Positions 1-9,796 are shown, counted from the first letter of the stretch. The stretch is 64,000 nucleotides of DNA from Candidatus Latescibacterota bacterium (GCA_965208835.1 OZ242358.1:4640001-4704000), one strand, 5' to 3'. Numbers and translations: made by a program. Notes: generated by a model not told the origin, from the letters alone.

Positions 1-109
1 ATAGCGGCCATCTTCACGAAAGTCAATAGTCTTCACACGACAATCTCACACCGTCCGGGATGCGTTTCGACTGATCGTCCCCTGGTACCATGCACGGTCG
101 GCGACTACA

Positions 110-295
110 GAAGCTGTCTTAAAATTCCCAGCGGTCTTCGCGCGGCTGCAAAAGCGCCGGTCGGCGTTGGTCAAACCCACCCGGCGTACGAGATCGAGGC
201 TGCGCTTGCTCGCCTCTCCTAGCCGGATTTGCCCGCCTTGACCGCCACTTTTTCGCTCGCGCTCGGGAACTCACCGGTAAATTTAATACAGCTTC
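110..295. mobile_element. MITE-like element family A, copy A1 (full length, variant inner hairpin)
   Basis: TIRs GAAGCTGTCTTAAAATT / AATTTAATACAGCTTC; arms near-identical to copies at 50223 and 56727; flanks ACA/TCA. Confidence 0.85.
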
Positions 296-460
296 TCAGA
301 TTCTGCTTGGGCATGGTGGAGAAAAACACATATCATCCACGTGTCCGATCACGGGACTGCGTGACGCACGCGCACTCGCTCATCCAGGCGTCCTCCCACC
401 CGGCGGTTGGATATCTATAACGTCGATGTCTCGGCCATCACGTCCCCATTGGATTGCAGC

Positions 461-1549
461 ATGACACGTGCCGATTCCATAACAGCCATCTCCCGGCGAA
501 AGCGCCTTATCGTTGACGCGGTTTCTCGACGTTACGATCTCGGTTCGTTGCGCCGTACAGAACGGCTGACAGGCGGCGTGCTCAATGAAGTTTATCTGAC
601 TGAAACGTCGCACGGAGAATTCGTTATACGGGTAAATCGCGTCCGAAGGTCCATCGCCGAAATTGAACGACTGTCGACCTTCCTGTCGCACCTGCGCAAT
701 CGCGGCATACCCGCGGACGAACTGGTTCCGGCGGACGACGGACGGGTCGCCGCGGAGATGGATGGCGAGCTGCTTTCCGTTCACCGAGTCATCCCTGGGA
801 CGGTACACGCCTCTCCGGCAGAGCTGAGCGAATCTCAGACCGCGAAATTGATGCGATTTCTCGCGTACTTCCATTCCGCGGCCGGGGAGTATCGAACCGA
901 CGGTGGACTCTCCGCCCGGGATGAAATGCTCCCTGTCATGTACACCGACGATCCGGACCGTCTCCGGGGGCGGTTGAAGCGCCTCCCGAAAATGGCGAAG
1001 GTGGAAGCATCGGCCGTTAACCGTGCAATCGACCGGCTGGCCTCGTTCTTTGCTTCAGGTGCATACAGGGAACTCAAACGGACCTGGGTCCACGGTGACT
1101 ATAGATTATGCAACGTGGCATTCGATGCAGACAGAGTGAGCGGACTGTTCGATTGGGACCTGCTATGCGAAGGCCCGCGGCTGTTCGACGTCGTGGTTGC
1201 GTCCGCGGACCTGGCCAGGACGAACGCCGGTCCCCTGTCCAGCAATCCCGAAATGTGGCAGGAGGACTTCCGGCGTCATCTCGCAGCCTACCGGAAGGAA
1301 GCGCGGCGACGCGGGGCCGACATGACCGAGTCCGAGGTCAGGTCGATTCCATACATGCTGCTGGCCGACGCCGTGCTCAGCGGCGTATTTTTCGCGTTGC
1401 ACTTGAGACAGTTGCCGCTGAAGCCGGGTGAATCCGCGTCCCAGCGTCTACGACTTTCGGACAGGCTCCTCGCGGAGTCCGTAACCGACCTCGCTGCGAT
1501 CGACAGTCAAATCGCCAATGGGGATGCGACCATGTCCCGCGACACATAA
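461..1549 (+). CDS. Phosphotransferase (APH / homoserine kinase type II family)
   Basis: HGDYRLCNV catalytic loop and downstream DWD motif; start at 461 (ATG) chosen over upstream TTG at 407. Confidence 0.8.
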   Translation: MTRADSITAISRRKRLIVDAVSRRYDLGSLRRTERLTGGVLNEVYLTETSHGEFVIRVNRVRRSIAEIERLSTFLSHLRNRGIPADELVPADDGRVAAEMDGELLSVHRVIPGTVHASPAELSESQTAKLMRFLAYFHSAAGEYRTDGGLSARDEMLPVMYTDDPDRLRGRLKRLPKMAKVEASAVNRAIDRLASFFASGAYRELKRTWVHGDYRLCNVAFDADRVSGLFDWDLLCEGPRLFDVVVASADLARTNAGPLSSNPEMWQEDFRRHLAAYRKEARRRGADMTESEVRSIPYMLLADAVLSGVFFALHLRQLPLKPGESASQRLRLSDRLLAESVTDLAAIDSQIANGDATMSRDT

Positions 1550-1608
1550 AATCGCCGACCCCTTGCGCGGCGTGAGCTTCAACTCTTGACCTATCATTTT
1601 ACGATATT

Positions 1609-1643
1609 TAGGCTATTTCAAAGTCTGATATTGACATAGACTG
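1609..1643. repeat. 35-bp imperfect palindrome (14-7-14), site D1
   Basis: TAGGCTATTTCAAA-GTCTGAT-ATTGACATAGACTG; TTAGGCTATTTCAAAGTCT (19 bp) is repeated exactly at 2877-2895. Confidence 0.75.
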
Positions 1644-1659
1644 TATATTTCGTTATTTT
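1631..1659 (+). promoter_or_regulatory. sigma70-like promoter, probably giving a leaderless mRNA
   Basis: TTGACA-17 nt-TATTTT with ATG 6 nt downstream and no Shine-Dalgarno. Confidence 0.6.
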
Positions 1660-1665
1660 CACGGT

Positions 1666-2880
1666 ATGATTATACGTGAACTGATGCCCAGACTGAAGAA
1701 GGCCGCGGGAGCTTTCCCCGCCATTACGCTTACCGGTCCCCGGCAAAGCGGCAAGACGACGCTTTGTAAGGCCGTATTTCCCGAGCACAGGTATACAACA
1801 CTCGAGTCTCCGGACGTTCGCGCTTTTGCGGTAGAAGATCCACGTGGCTTTCTGGCTCAGTTTCCGGCCGGCGCCGTCATCGACGAGGTACAGCGAGCCC
1901 CGGACCTGCTTTCCTACTTGCAGGGCATCATCGACGATGACCCGGCACCCGGACGCTGGATCCTGACAGGATCGCAGAACCTCGCCCTGCTCGATTCGGT
2001 CAGCCAGTCGCTGGCAGGAAGGACCGCAGTATACTACCTGTTGACGCTTACCCGGGGGGAAGTGGAACGGTTCCGCATGTTTCCCGAGAGTCTGGAAGCG
2101 TCCCTCTTTGCAGGATCATATCCCCGCATATTCAACGATGGTCTGGACCCATCCGACTGGATTCGTTCCTATGTCGCCACCTATATCGAACGCGACGTGC
2201 GGACGATCAGCAACGTGGGAGACCTTGGCACATTCCAGCGATTTGTGGAATTGTGCGCCGGCCGCACAGCTCAATTGCTCAACATCTCCTCGCTGGCCGA
2301 CGACTGCGGAATTTCCCAGCCAGGCGCAAGAGCCTGGCTCAGCATCCTGGAGACCAGTTTCATCACCTTCAGGCTACCTGCATTTCACGCCAACCTTCGC
2401 AAACGTCTCGTCAAGATGCCCAAACTGCACTTCTACGACACCGGGCTCGTCTGCTGGCTGCTTGGTATCCGCACACCTGAACAGCTACGCAATCATCCGC
2501 TTCGCGGCCCGATTTTCGAGACCTGGGTCGTTTCTGAAATTGCAAAACACCGAACCAACCGCGGAGAAATGGGCGGCCTGTCGTTTTACCGGGACCGAAA
2601 CGGAGCTGAGGCCGACCTCGTCATCGAGCACCCATCCCATATCGCGCTTGTCGAGGCCAAGTCCGCCAATACAGCGTCGTCGAGCCTGTTTAACAGCATC
2701 GGTCGCGTGCAGAAACATCTCACACGGTTACCCTTGCCTGCTTCCGTCTTCGTCGTATACGGCGGTAACGAACGCCAGCGCCGGACGCAAGGCAGCCTGA
2801 TTCCGTGGCGAGACCTCCACGAAACGGCGTTTCAGATCAACCGATCGGAAGACGAATCTGCGAATACACGGACATATTAG
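1666..2880 (+). CDS. AAA+ ATPase (AAA_14 + DUF4143) with C-terminal PD-(D/E)xK-like segment
   Basis: Walker A GPRQSGKT, Walker B VIDEVQ, LTGS, KLHFYDTG, EADLVIE...VEAK. Confidence 0.9.
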   Translation: MIIRELMPRLKKAAGAFPAITLTGPRQSGKTTLCKAVFPEHRYTTLESPDVRAFAVEDPRGFLAQFPAGAVIDEVQRAPDLLSYLQGIIDDDPAPGRWILTGSQNLALLDSVSQSLAGRTAVYYLLTLTRGEVERFRMFPESLEASLFAGSYPRIFNDGLDPSDWIRSYVATYIERDVRTISNVGDLGTFQRFVELCAGRTAQLLNISSLADDCGISQPGARAWLSILETSFITFRLPAFHANLRKRLVKMPKLHFYDTGLVCWLLGIRTPEQLRNHPLRGPIFETWVVSEIAKHRTNRGEMGGLSFYRDRNGAEADLVIEHPSHIALVEAKSANTASSSLFNSIGRVQKHLTRLPLPASVFVVYGGNERQRRTQGSLIPWRDLHETAFQINRSEDESANTRTY

Positions 2881-2912
2881 GCTATTTCAAAGTCTAGTTT
2901 TAAATTAGCCTA
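2878..2912. repeat. 35-bp imperfect palindrome (14-7-14), site D2
   Basis: TAGGCTATTTCAAA-GTCTAGT-TTTAAATTAGCCTA; first TAG is the ATPase stop codon. Confidence 0.75.
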
Positions 2913-3000
2913 CTAATGTGCGTGCCGACACCGTACGGAAGCGCGCCTCGGTCCCTGGCGCGTACACCTATTGATCGGATTGAGTATCGGAAAAGCGGAT

Positions 3001-4269
3001 ATGGATCTGAACCGGGTGGTATTGGATCTGGATATCGCGCAGAGTCGAAGGGTCCTTGAGTCGTCGTGGGAGGCCTCCCGGAGCTCGATGCCGGACGGGG
3101 GTGTCCCGTTTCTGTCAACGGACTTCGTGAGCGAGGCCTGCCGGGGAATTTTTCTCCCGGAAGACATCGTGAAGGCTGCCGTCGCCGCGGCGGATCTTGT
3201 GGCGCGAGTCCCCGCGTTGTGCGCGCTGGCGTGGCATTGCCACTGGTGTCTCTACCATGTGAAAGGATATTCCAGCCGCCTGGCGGACGACTGGCCCTGT
3301 ATGAAGGGACCACTGGGAGAACGGGCAGGTCTCTTCTACCTGCTGGTGCTGCTGTCGCGGTTTCACGAAATGCGATCGGTACATCGGGCGCACGGGATTC
3401 CCGAACGGGTTGTACGGGACAGTATGGAACAGATTTATCTGAGGGGCGAAACCTGCAGTGAAATCTTCGGCCGGTGGGGCCTGGACGGACATGGTGCCCG
3501 CTGGCTGGCCAATTTCCTCCGCGGAGACATCTACGCACTGGGCCGTCTTGAACACCAGTTCAATGTGATGAACGACCCGTTTCGCGTCTATCGGCACAGG
3601 GAAGCGTCCACGGTCATCGCGCTGAGCGAAGAAGGCGTCGCCTATCGACGCGACGGCCAGCGGCACAGAGGCGGAGATGCCCCGGCCGCGTGGACCTCCC
3701 GGCTCCGCATCACGGGAGACAGGATTGCCGGCCACCCCCTCCTTCCGACCGGTCGAGCATCCGAAGAAATGGTGACGCTCGCCGCGGCCGACTGGGTTCC
3801 TGTACTCGAACCGGGGGACCCCGTCCTGTATTTTCATATTCCCGGAGGAATACCGCTGGACCACGGCGCCTGCGGGGACTCTTTCAGGGCGGCGATGGAT
3901 TTCTTCCCTCGACATTTTCCCGAACGCCCGTACAAGGCGTTCTTCTGTGGTTCGTGGTTGCTGGATACGCAGTTGGAAGACTGGCTGCCGTCCGAATCGA
4001 ATCTGGTGCGTTTCATGCGGGAATTCTACCTGGTACCCGGCGGCATCTCGGAACGGTCGATTCTGCAGACGGTGTTCGGGAATGCGGCGGATGACCTGAG
4101 AAACGCGCCCGGCGACACGTCGCTGCAGCGGGCAATAAGGGACCATGTCTCCGCCGGCGGCCCGATCGACCCCCGCGCCGGCAAATGCTTTTTGTTCCCT
4201 GACGATCTGGATTGGGGCCGACAGGTATACCGAACATCGAAGTTTCCCTGGCATCTGGTCGGTTGTTGA
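3001..4269 (+). CDS. DUF5596-like acyltransferase-domain protein
   Basis: LGRLEHQ, HIPGGIPLD and CGSWLLD motifs typical of this family. Confidence 0.7.
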   Translation: MDLNRVVLDLDIAQSRRVLESSWEASRSSMPDGGVPFLSTDFVSEACRGIFLPEDIVKAAVAAADLVARVPALCALAWHCHWCLYHVKGYSSRLADDWPCMKGPLGERAGLFYLLVLLSRFHEMRSVHRAHGIPERVVRDSMEQIYLRGETCSEIFGRWGLDGHGARWLANFLRGDIYALGRLEHQFNVMNDPFRVYRHREASTVIALSEEGVAYRRDGQRHRGGDAPAAWTSRLRITGDRIAGHPLLPTGRASEEMVTLAAADWVPVLEPGDPVLYFHIPGGIPLDHGACGDSFRAAMDFFPRHFPERPYKAFFCGSWLLDTQLEDWLPSESNLVRFMREFYLVPGGISERSILQTVFGNAADDLRNAPGDTSLQRAIRDHVSAGGPIDPRAGKCFLFPDDLDWGRQVYRTSKFPWHLVGC

Positions 4270-4343
4270 GCGGAAAGACGCGGCGTTACCGCGCTGCGAC
4301 GCGGTCGACCGCTGGTTGAGAGCGGAAACACAAGGAGGGCAAT

Positions 4344-5474
4344 ATGGAGCGTTTCGGACAGCTCGAGCTGGACTACCTGGCGAAAGTGATCGCCAGCGGC
4401 ACGCTGAATAGCAAGACAGGGAAATTCACGACACGACTGGAGGAGCGATTCGCAGAGTGGGTGGGGGCGGAATACGCTGTGGCGATGAACAGTGCGATGA
4501 GCGTGCTGCACACGGCTGTGGCCGCGGCCGGTGTTGGACCTGGCGTGGAAGTCGCTTGCGATCCCGTGGTCCACTTCGGCGGCGCGGCGGTGATGTATCA
4601 CAACGGGGTGCCTGTATTCTGCGACATCGATGAGGACAGCTGGAATATGGACCCCGATTCGCTTGAGGCGTGCATCACGGAACACACGGGCGCCGTCATC
4701 TGCACGCCGATGTGGGGAAACCCCCCGGATTACGACGGGATTCTCCGGGTGGCAGACAGATACGGGCTTCCCGTGATCGAAGACGTGGCGCACGGTGTCG
4801 GGGGATCTTACAGAGGCAGGCCCCTGGGAACGCTGGGGTCGATCGGTTCATACAGTTTTCAGGAGGCCAAACATCTCACCAGCGGAGACGGCGGCATGGC
4901 GGTGACCAACCGGGCCGACATGGTCGAGAAAATGCTGGAAATGAGAATCATCAAGACGACCCTTGGCTGGAATTACCGCATGACCGAACTGCAGGCCGGG
5001 GTGATGCTGGCGCAGATGGACAGGGCCGACGGGATTATCTCCGCGCACCACAAGGCGGGTGCGCTCTACCGCGAAGCCGCCAGGGAGACGCCGTGGCTGG
5101 TGCCGCAGCGCGTGGCGGATGGGTGCGTCAACGCGTATCACGCGGTCGCGTTCCGATTCGAAGGCGATCGCGAGGGCATTTCGGTGGAGCGTTTTCAAAA
5201 AACCATGGTCGCACACGGATGTCCGGTTTCGATCGGGTACAAGCGACGTTCCGCCGCCGAAGATCCTATATTCACGGAGGTCCTGGCGTACGGCAAGGGG
5301 TGCCCCATCCGGTGCCCCCATTACAAGGGCCGCGCGCGCTACGGAAAGGGCGTGACGCCGGTGGCCGATCGCGCGGTGCCGCGGATGGTCGTGATGCCGA
5401 TGGACGTGTATACACCCGGGAAGACTGAGGAATATTCGGAGATGATCCGCGCGGGACTGAAGGCGCTCGCGTAG
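4344..5474 (+). CDS. DegT/DnrJ/EryC1/StrS PLP-dependent aminotransferase
   Basis: VIEDVAH, SYSFQEAKHLTSGDGG (PLP lysine), GWNYRMTELQA; SD AAGGAGG. Confidence 0.92.
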   Translation: MERFGQLELDYLAKVIASGTLNSKTGKFTTRLEERFAEWVGAEYAVAMNSAMSVLHTAVAAAGVGPGVEVACDPVVHFGGAAVMYHNGVPVFCDIDEDSWNMDPDSLEACITEHTGAVICTPMWGNPPDYDGILRVADRYGLPVIEDVAHGVGGSYRGRPLGTLGSIGSYSFQEAKHLTSGDGGMAVTNRADMVEKMLEMRIIKTTLGWNYRMTELQAGVMLAQMDRADGIISAHHKAGALYREAARETPWLVPQRVADGCVNAYHAVAFRFEGDREGISVERFQKTMVAHGCPVSIGYKRRSAAEDPIFTEVLAYGKGCPIRCPHYKGRARYGKGVTPVADRAVPRMVVMPMDVYTPGKTEEYSEMIRAGLKALA

Positions 5475-5549
5475 AAGACGATCGTCACCGGGAAATGCGC
5501 ACGGTTGATCTGAATTGCCCGGAAATGCGGCTGGAGAGAGCGGGAGGGT

Positions 5550-6437
5550 TCAATGCCCGTGCTGCGCTTCCGTTCCATGAACGGCAGAGGATTCGACGAA
5601 GTAGAGGCCGTAGGCGAGAGCGATTCCCACGAGAAGGGATGCGATGAGTTTGCCGCGGTCGTGACTGTGGAATTGGATTTCGGGCAGCAGATCGCTCAGC
5701 GCAATGCACAGAAACACGCCAGCGGCAAACGCAAGCACATAGCCGATGACCGAGCCGTCGTCCTGGCCGAGCAGCCCCGCGCCCCAGAAACTGGCAAGAG
5801 CGACCAGCGGGCACAGCAAGGCAAAAGCGGTGTTGGCCGCCGCTCGCGCGCGCGCGCTGTATCCCCCGAACTTCATCATCCCGATGATGGAGTAAGCATC
5901 GAGCGGCTTGTGAAGAAGGATGGCGAGGAATACGCCGAGGGCGGGCAACGCGCCTCCGTCTTCGTGAGGCGAGCTGATCCGCATACTGGTACCCAGGGCG
6001 ACGCCTTCGGTTACGGTATGCACGCCCAGGCCCATGGCAACCCCAACCAGACTGCCCGAGTGCGCGCCGGAGTTTCCGTGGTCACGATGCTCGTACAGCT
6101 TGCCGGCTTCAGTGCTGAAGTCGTGCTGATGGAAATGAAAGACGCGGAGCAGAAAAATCATCAGGATCATGCCGAAAACCACCCACGCGACGGCTTTCTC
6201 CACGTTTCCCGGTCCGGAAATCCGTTCGAGACTGTGTGGCAAGAGGTGGTACATGGCGATGCCGAGGATAAAACCCGCTACGAGGCTCATCAGTATTTGA
6301 ATCTTGGTGTGGGTCATGGATCCCAGAACCGCCAGTTTCCCGCCGGCAAAGGAAACTGCGAAGATGCCCAGTGAATATCCCGTTATGATGAGCAGACTGT
6401 CTGAATCCACGATGACCCGACCTTGGATTGGCTTCAT
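5550..6437 (-). CDS. ZIP-family divalent metal transporter
   Basis: Multiple TM helices, HTVTEG and HKPLD metal motifs, His-rich loop FHFHQHD, SDLLPE; start uncertain (6437 or 6410). Confidence 0.88.
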   Translation of the reverse strand: MKPIQGRVIVDSDSLLIITGYSLGIFAVSFAGGKLAVLGSMTHTKIQILMSLVAGFILGIAMYHLLPHSLERISGPGNVEKAVAWVVFGMILMIFLLRVFHFHQHDFSTEAGKLYEHRDHGNSGAHSGSLVGVAMGLGVHTVTEGVALGTSMRISSPHEDGGALPALGVFLAILLHKPLDAYSIIGMMKFGGYSARARAAANTAFALLCPLVALASFWGAGLLGQDDGSVIGYVLAFAAGVFLCIALSDLLPEIQFHSHDRGKLIASLLVGIALAYGLYFVESSAVHGTEAQHGH

Positions 6438-6646
6438 CCCGTCCTGTTCAACACCTGTGGACGACGTTCCCTGACGTGAGCGAGTGTTGCGTCGAATTCC
6501 AGGTGGCATGCACATTCGCAACTGTTCGGTAGATCGGCCAACCGATCGAGCAAAGCGCTGAACCACGGGAATTTTTCAGGGGCAACCCCACTTCCCGCGC
6601 TGGGCCGCCCCCTTACGACTATTGTCCTTTTTCGACCCCAGGCGAC

Positions 6647-7135
6647 TCAGAAGAAAAGCATGAGGAGCAGGATACTGCTCAGCCCGCCCAGCATAAACCC
6701 GCCTATGCTGACCGCGCCCGAGAACAATGAATAGTCGGCGATCCGAAACGTCTGTCCGCCCAGTGTGAAGAGCACCTGGCTGCGGGTGATCTCACCGTCG
6801 ACGAATCGCTTGAGCCCCTCCTCGGCGCTGTGGGCCTCCTTTACGGAGACCATGGCCACCAGAATCATCGTCAGCGCGGATGCAAGGGTCCCCAGTGCAA
6901 ATATGAGCAACGTTCCCAGGGCCACCCAGTGGTACGCGGCGTCTTCGTTTCCTGAAGGCGAACTCATGAATCCGATTATCAGCGCCGCACCGCCGGCATT
7001 GCCGAGCAGCATGAGTCTGGCCGATTCGGTGATCAGCCTGAACATCGTGCCGCGCCGCATGTGGACAACCTTGTAGAGTTCGCGCAACCACTCTTCGCCG
7101 ACTTCCTCAGCGGAAAATTCGTCCACCTTTTTCAA
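6647..7135 (-). CDS. Small membrane protein of unknown function (about 3 TM)
   Basis: Three hydrophobic segments; starts 3 nt after the upstream SBP stop, with an SD (GGAGG) inside the SBP end. Confidence 0.7.
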   Translation of the reverse strand: MKKVDEFSAEEVGEEWLRELYKVVHMRRGTMFRLITESARLMLLGNAGGAALIIGFMSSPSGNEDAAYHWVALGTLLIFALGTLASALTMILVAMVSVKEAHSAEEGLKRFVDGEITRSQVLFTLGGQTFRIADYSLFSGAVSIGGFMLGGLSSILLLMLFF

Positions 7136-7138
7136 CGG

Positions 7139-8293
7139 TCAATCTCCTCCGAGATCGATCAACCGGACGTAGTGCGAACCCGTGTTGGTTCCAGGCTCGA
7201 AGGCGAGCGTCCAATCGTCAATCGCTACCGGTCCGGACGACAATGCCTGCTGCAGAAAATGCTCCCGAGTCATTGTCTCGCCCATTCGCTCCAGTACCTC
7301 GATGACGAAGCGACCCAGGATGTATCCCTCCAGGGACACCTCGTTGACGCCGTATTTCCCGTCGTCTGCGCCGTTTACCGCATCCACGGCCTCCAGCGCA
7401 CGATGAAAGCTTGTGACCACCCGCATGCCGGCGTCGTCTGCATCGGGCACCACTTCGGAGACCAGTATTCTGTCGTTCGGCGCATCGATCCTTTTCTTCA
7501 ACTCGTAGGACAGAACGAAAGACAGATTGGCCATTATGTATCTGTGGCCGAGAGAGTGCGCCAGATTGATAATTTCAGAGTTGGACGCATACGCGCCGAC
7601 GATCATGATAGCGTCCAGGTCGGCTTTGGCCAGGGCGAACAGACTGGCCTGGACGGCATGTGTGTTTCGAGAGAACGCGGTTTTCGCCAGAATGGGAATG
7701 CCCTTGCCGTCGAGAACCGACTTGTAGTTCGTCAGGACGGAACGCCCGAACGCGTCGTCCTGATAGATGATGCCGAACCGCTTTTTACCTCTCTTCCTCA
7801 GAATGTGGTTTACCAGAACGCGGGTCTCGTCCAGATAGCCTGCTCGCAGGTTGACGACGTTCGGGAACCGCCTTGCGTTGCGCAGGAACGCCGCGCCGGT
7901 AAAGGGTCCCACAAAGGGAATCTTCGCTGTCTTCAACACCGGAGCAATGCGTTTCGCCGTTGGCGTACCCACACCGCCGATAACGGCGAAAACGTCGTCC
8001 TCCGAAACGAATCGTTCCGCATTGGCGGCCGCAAGATCGGGCTCGTAGGCGTCGTCGAGGGAAATCAGCTTCAGCGTTCTGCCGTTAACGCCGCCGCTGC
8101 GGTTCGCTTCGAGAAGGGCCGCGCGAATACCGGCCCGGTAGTTGAGTCCCAATTGTCTGTTCGGCCCGGAGAAACAGGCGCTCTGACCGAAAACAATCGT
8201 CGTACCGCTGACACCTTTTGCCGCATGGGACGTCGCGACAGGCAGCAGGGCGAGCCAGGATGCCAATAGCCCACTGATGATGTATGCCGCCAT
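7139..8293 (-). CDS. Periplasmic substrate-binding protein, type I (LivJ / branched-chain amino acid-like)
   Basis: Signal peptide, FGQSACFSGP, GGVNGR, LDDAYEP, IGGVGTPT, YQDDAFG. Confidence 0.85.
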   Translation of the reverse strand: MAAYIISGLLASWLALLPVATSHAAKGVSGTTIVFGQSACFSGPNRQLGLNYRAGIRAALLEANRSGGVNGRTLKLISLDDAYEPDLAAANAERFVSEDDVFAVIGGVGTPTAKRIAPVLKTAKIPFVGPFTGAAFLRNARRFPNVVNLRAGYLDETRVLVNHILRKRGKKRFGIIYQDDAFGRSVLTNYKSVLDGKGIPILAKTAFSRNTHAVQASLFALAKADLDAIMIVGAYASNSEIINLAHSLGHRYIMANLSFVLSYELKKRIDAPNDRILVSEVVPDADDAGMRVVTSFHRALEAVDAVNGADDGKYGVNEVSLEGYILGRFVIEVLERMGETMTREHFLQQALSSGPVAIDDWTLAFEPGTNTGSHYVRLIDLGGD

Positions 8294-8323
8294 TCGCTAC
8301 CCTCTTCCCGAGGCGTGTCAGAT

Positions 8324-9778
8324 CTACTCCGACGAGGCGCCAGCCTCCCCCGTCTTTCCCGATTTGTCGGCAGCCGCTTCCTGCTTCCCCTGCTTGACGT
8401 CGGCCTTCGTTTTCTTCCCCTGTCTGGCCCCTTCCTTCTTCCTGGACGGGGCGACGGACTCTGCTTTCTTCCCGGATTTGACGCCGGGCGTTGCCTGCGT
8501 CGCCGGCTTGCCATCCTCCTCGGGGAGTACCTCCACCATGGGCTTTTCCTGCTCCTGCCGGCTGAATCGTTTGCCACGCGCGACGTGGCTATGGGAGAAT
8601 ATCGAAGGTGTGTCGAATATGAGCGACCGGGGGTTGGCCACGTCCAGGTGATCGCGCTCCGCGCGCACTCTGTGAAATTGGCCGTCCAGCGTGAGTCTGT
8701 CCTCATCGACGTTTTCTATCTTATGTACATCGGGCATTTGCGTTGACGATAACGCCATCCTGCCGGCCGCCGCGCCGGTTCCTGTGGGCGGCTCCGCCAG
8801 CGCCAGGTCCGCCGGCGTAAATCCATCGCCGACGCCGTCTATCATGTTAATGTCGATGGCCGACTGATTGGCCGGGTTGACCGCCGCCAGGCTCGCTTCG
8901 GAGAAGATCTTCCGCATGCGATCCCAGTAGCGCGTGATACGTACGTGCGACGGCTGTTTCCTGTATTCGCCCAGCAGCGCGGAGAACGCTTCGGCGCTGC
9001 TTTTGGCCTGCACGACGCGTTCTCCTGCCCTGGCTCTTGCCTCCAATACGAGCGCTTCGGCCTGTCCCCGGCTGCGCGCAATCAGCTGCTCCTTCTGTCG
9101 GTTCGCGTCGCTTACCGCTTTCACCCGCTCTGCAAATGCGTCGCTGACGTCCCGAAACGCGGCGATGGTTTCCTCGATGGGGCGCACGTCGACGATGTCG
9201 AGCGAGACGAGCTCTATGCCTATGTCGCGGTAATCAAGCCAGGCGGTAATCCTGTCGAACAGCCTGCTTTGAATGATGTTCCGATTCGATGTCAGAATCA
9301 GGTCGATGAAATTCTCACCGAGGACGTCGATAAGTTCTTCTCTGGTGTAAACGGTCAACATCGCGATCGGATCGCTGGAGACGAACAGGAAATCTCCGAG
9401 ATTACCGATCCGGTACTGAAGCGCGACGTCCACTTCAAGCAGATTCACGTCGCCGGATAATATCGTGAAGTTGACCTTGTTGCCTTCCCTGCTGGAAACC
9501 TGGTATCGGGTAACCCGCTTGACCTTGCGGATGTATACCTTGTCGATTACCGGAATGCAATAGCGTATTCCGGGCCGGACGTTGTCGTTTGCTAACCTTC
9601 CGAACCGGAGGACGACGCCATGTTCTTCCTTCTTCACGATGTAAAATCCGCTGGCCAGGATGCACACGAGAACCGCAGCTACAGTCCTGAGCAAGATTCG
9701 CCGCTGGTGTTTCGAAAAATAATCGAACACGGCGTAGATGATCCGCGTACTCGGCGGCAATGATGTCGGTTCACTCAT
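8324..9778 (-). CDS. hflK: HflK-like SPFH/band-7 protein with long His/Lys-rich C-terminal extension
   Basis: TM then SGFYIVKKEEHGVVLRFG, LSGDVNLLEV, AAFRDVSDA, ARSRGQAE coiled coil; a paralogue, not necessarily the FtsH-associated copy. Confidence 0.8.
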   Translation of the reverse strand: MSEPTSLPPSTRIIYAVFDYFSKHQRRILLRTVAAVLVCILASGFYIVKKEEHGVVLRFGRLANDNVRPGIRYCIPVIDKVYIRKVKRVTRYQVSSREGNKVNFTILSGDVNLLEVDVALQYRIGNLGDFLFVSSDPIAMLTVYTREELIDVLGENFIDLILTSNRNIIQSRLFDRITAWLDYRDIGIELVSLDIVDVRPIEETIAAFRDVSDAFAERVKAVSDANRQKEQLIARSRGQAEALVLEARARAGERVVQAKSSAEAFSALLGEYRKQPSHVRITRYWDRMRKIFSEASLAAVNPANQSAIDINMIDGVGDGFTPADLALAEPPTGTGAAAGRMALSSTQMPDVHKIENVDEDRLTLDGQFHRVRAERDHLDVANPRSLIFDTPSIFSHSHVARGKRFSRQEQEKPMVEVLPEEDGKPATQATPGVKSGKKAESVAPSRKKEGARQGKKTKADVKQGKQEAAADKSGKTGEAGASSE

Positions 9779-9796
9779 TTCGTACGGGCTCCCGGT

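Noticed and set aside
110-295. Repeats as integron attC sites
   Set aside because: No RYYYAAC/GTTRRRY ends, no integrase, and copies lie between housekeeping genes
6438-6646. Possible metal riboswitch before the ZIP gene
   Set aside because: No yybP-ykoY, NiCo or cobalamin consensus recognisable by eye; an Rfam scan would settle it
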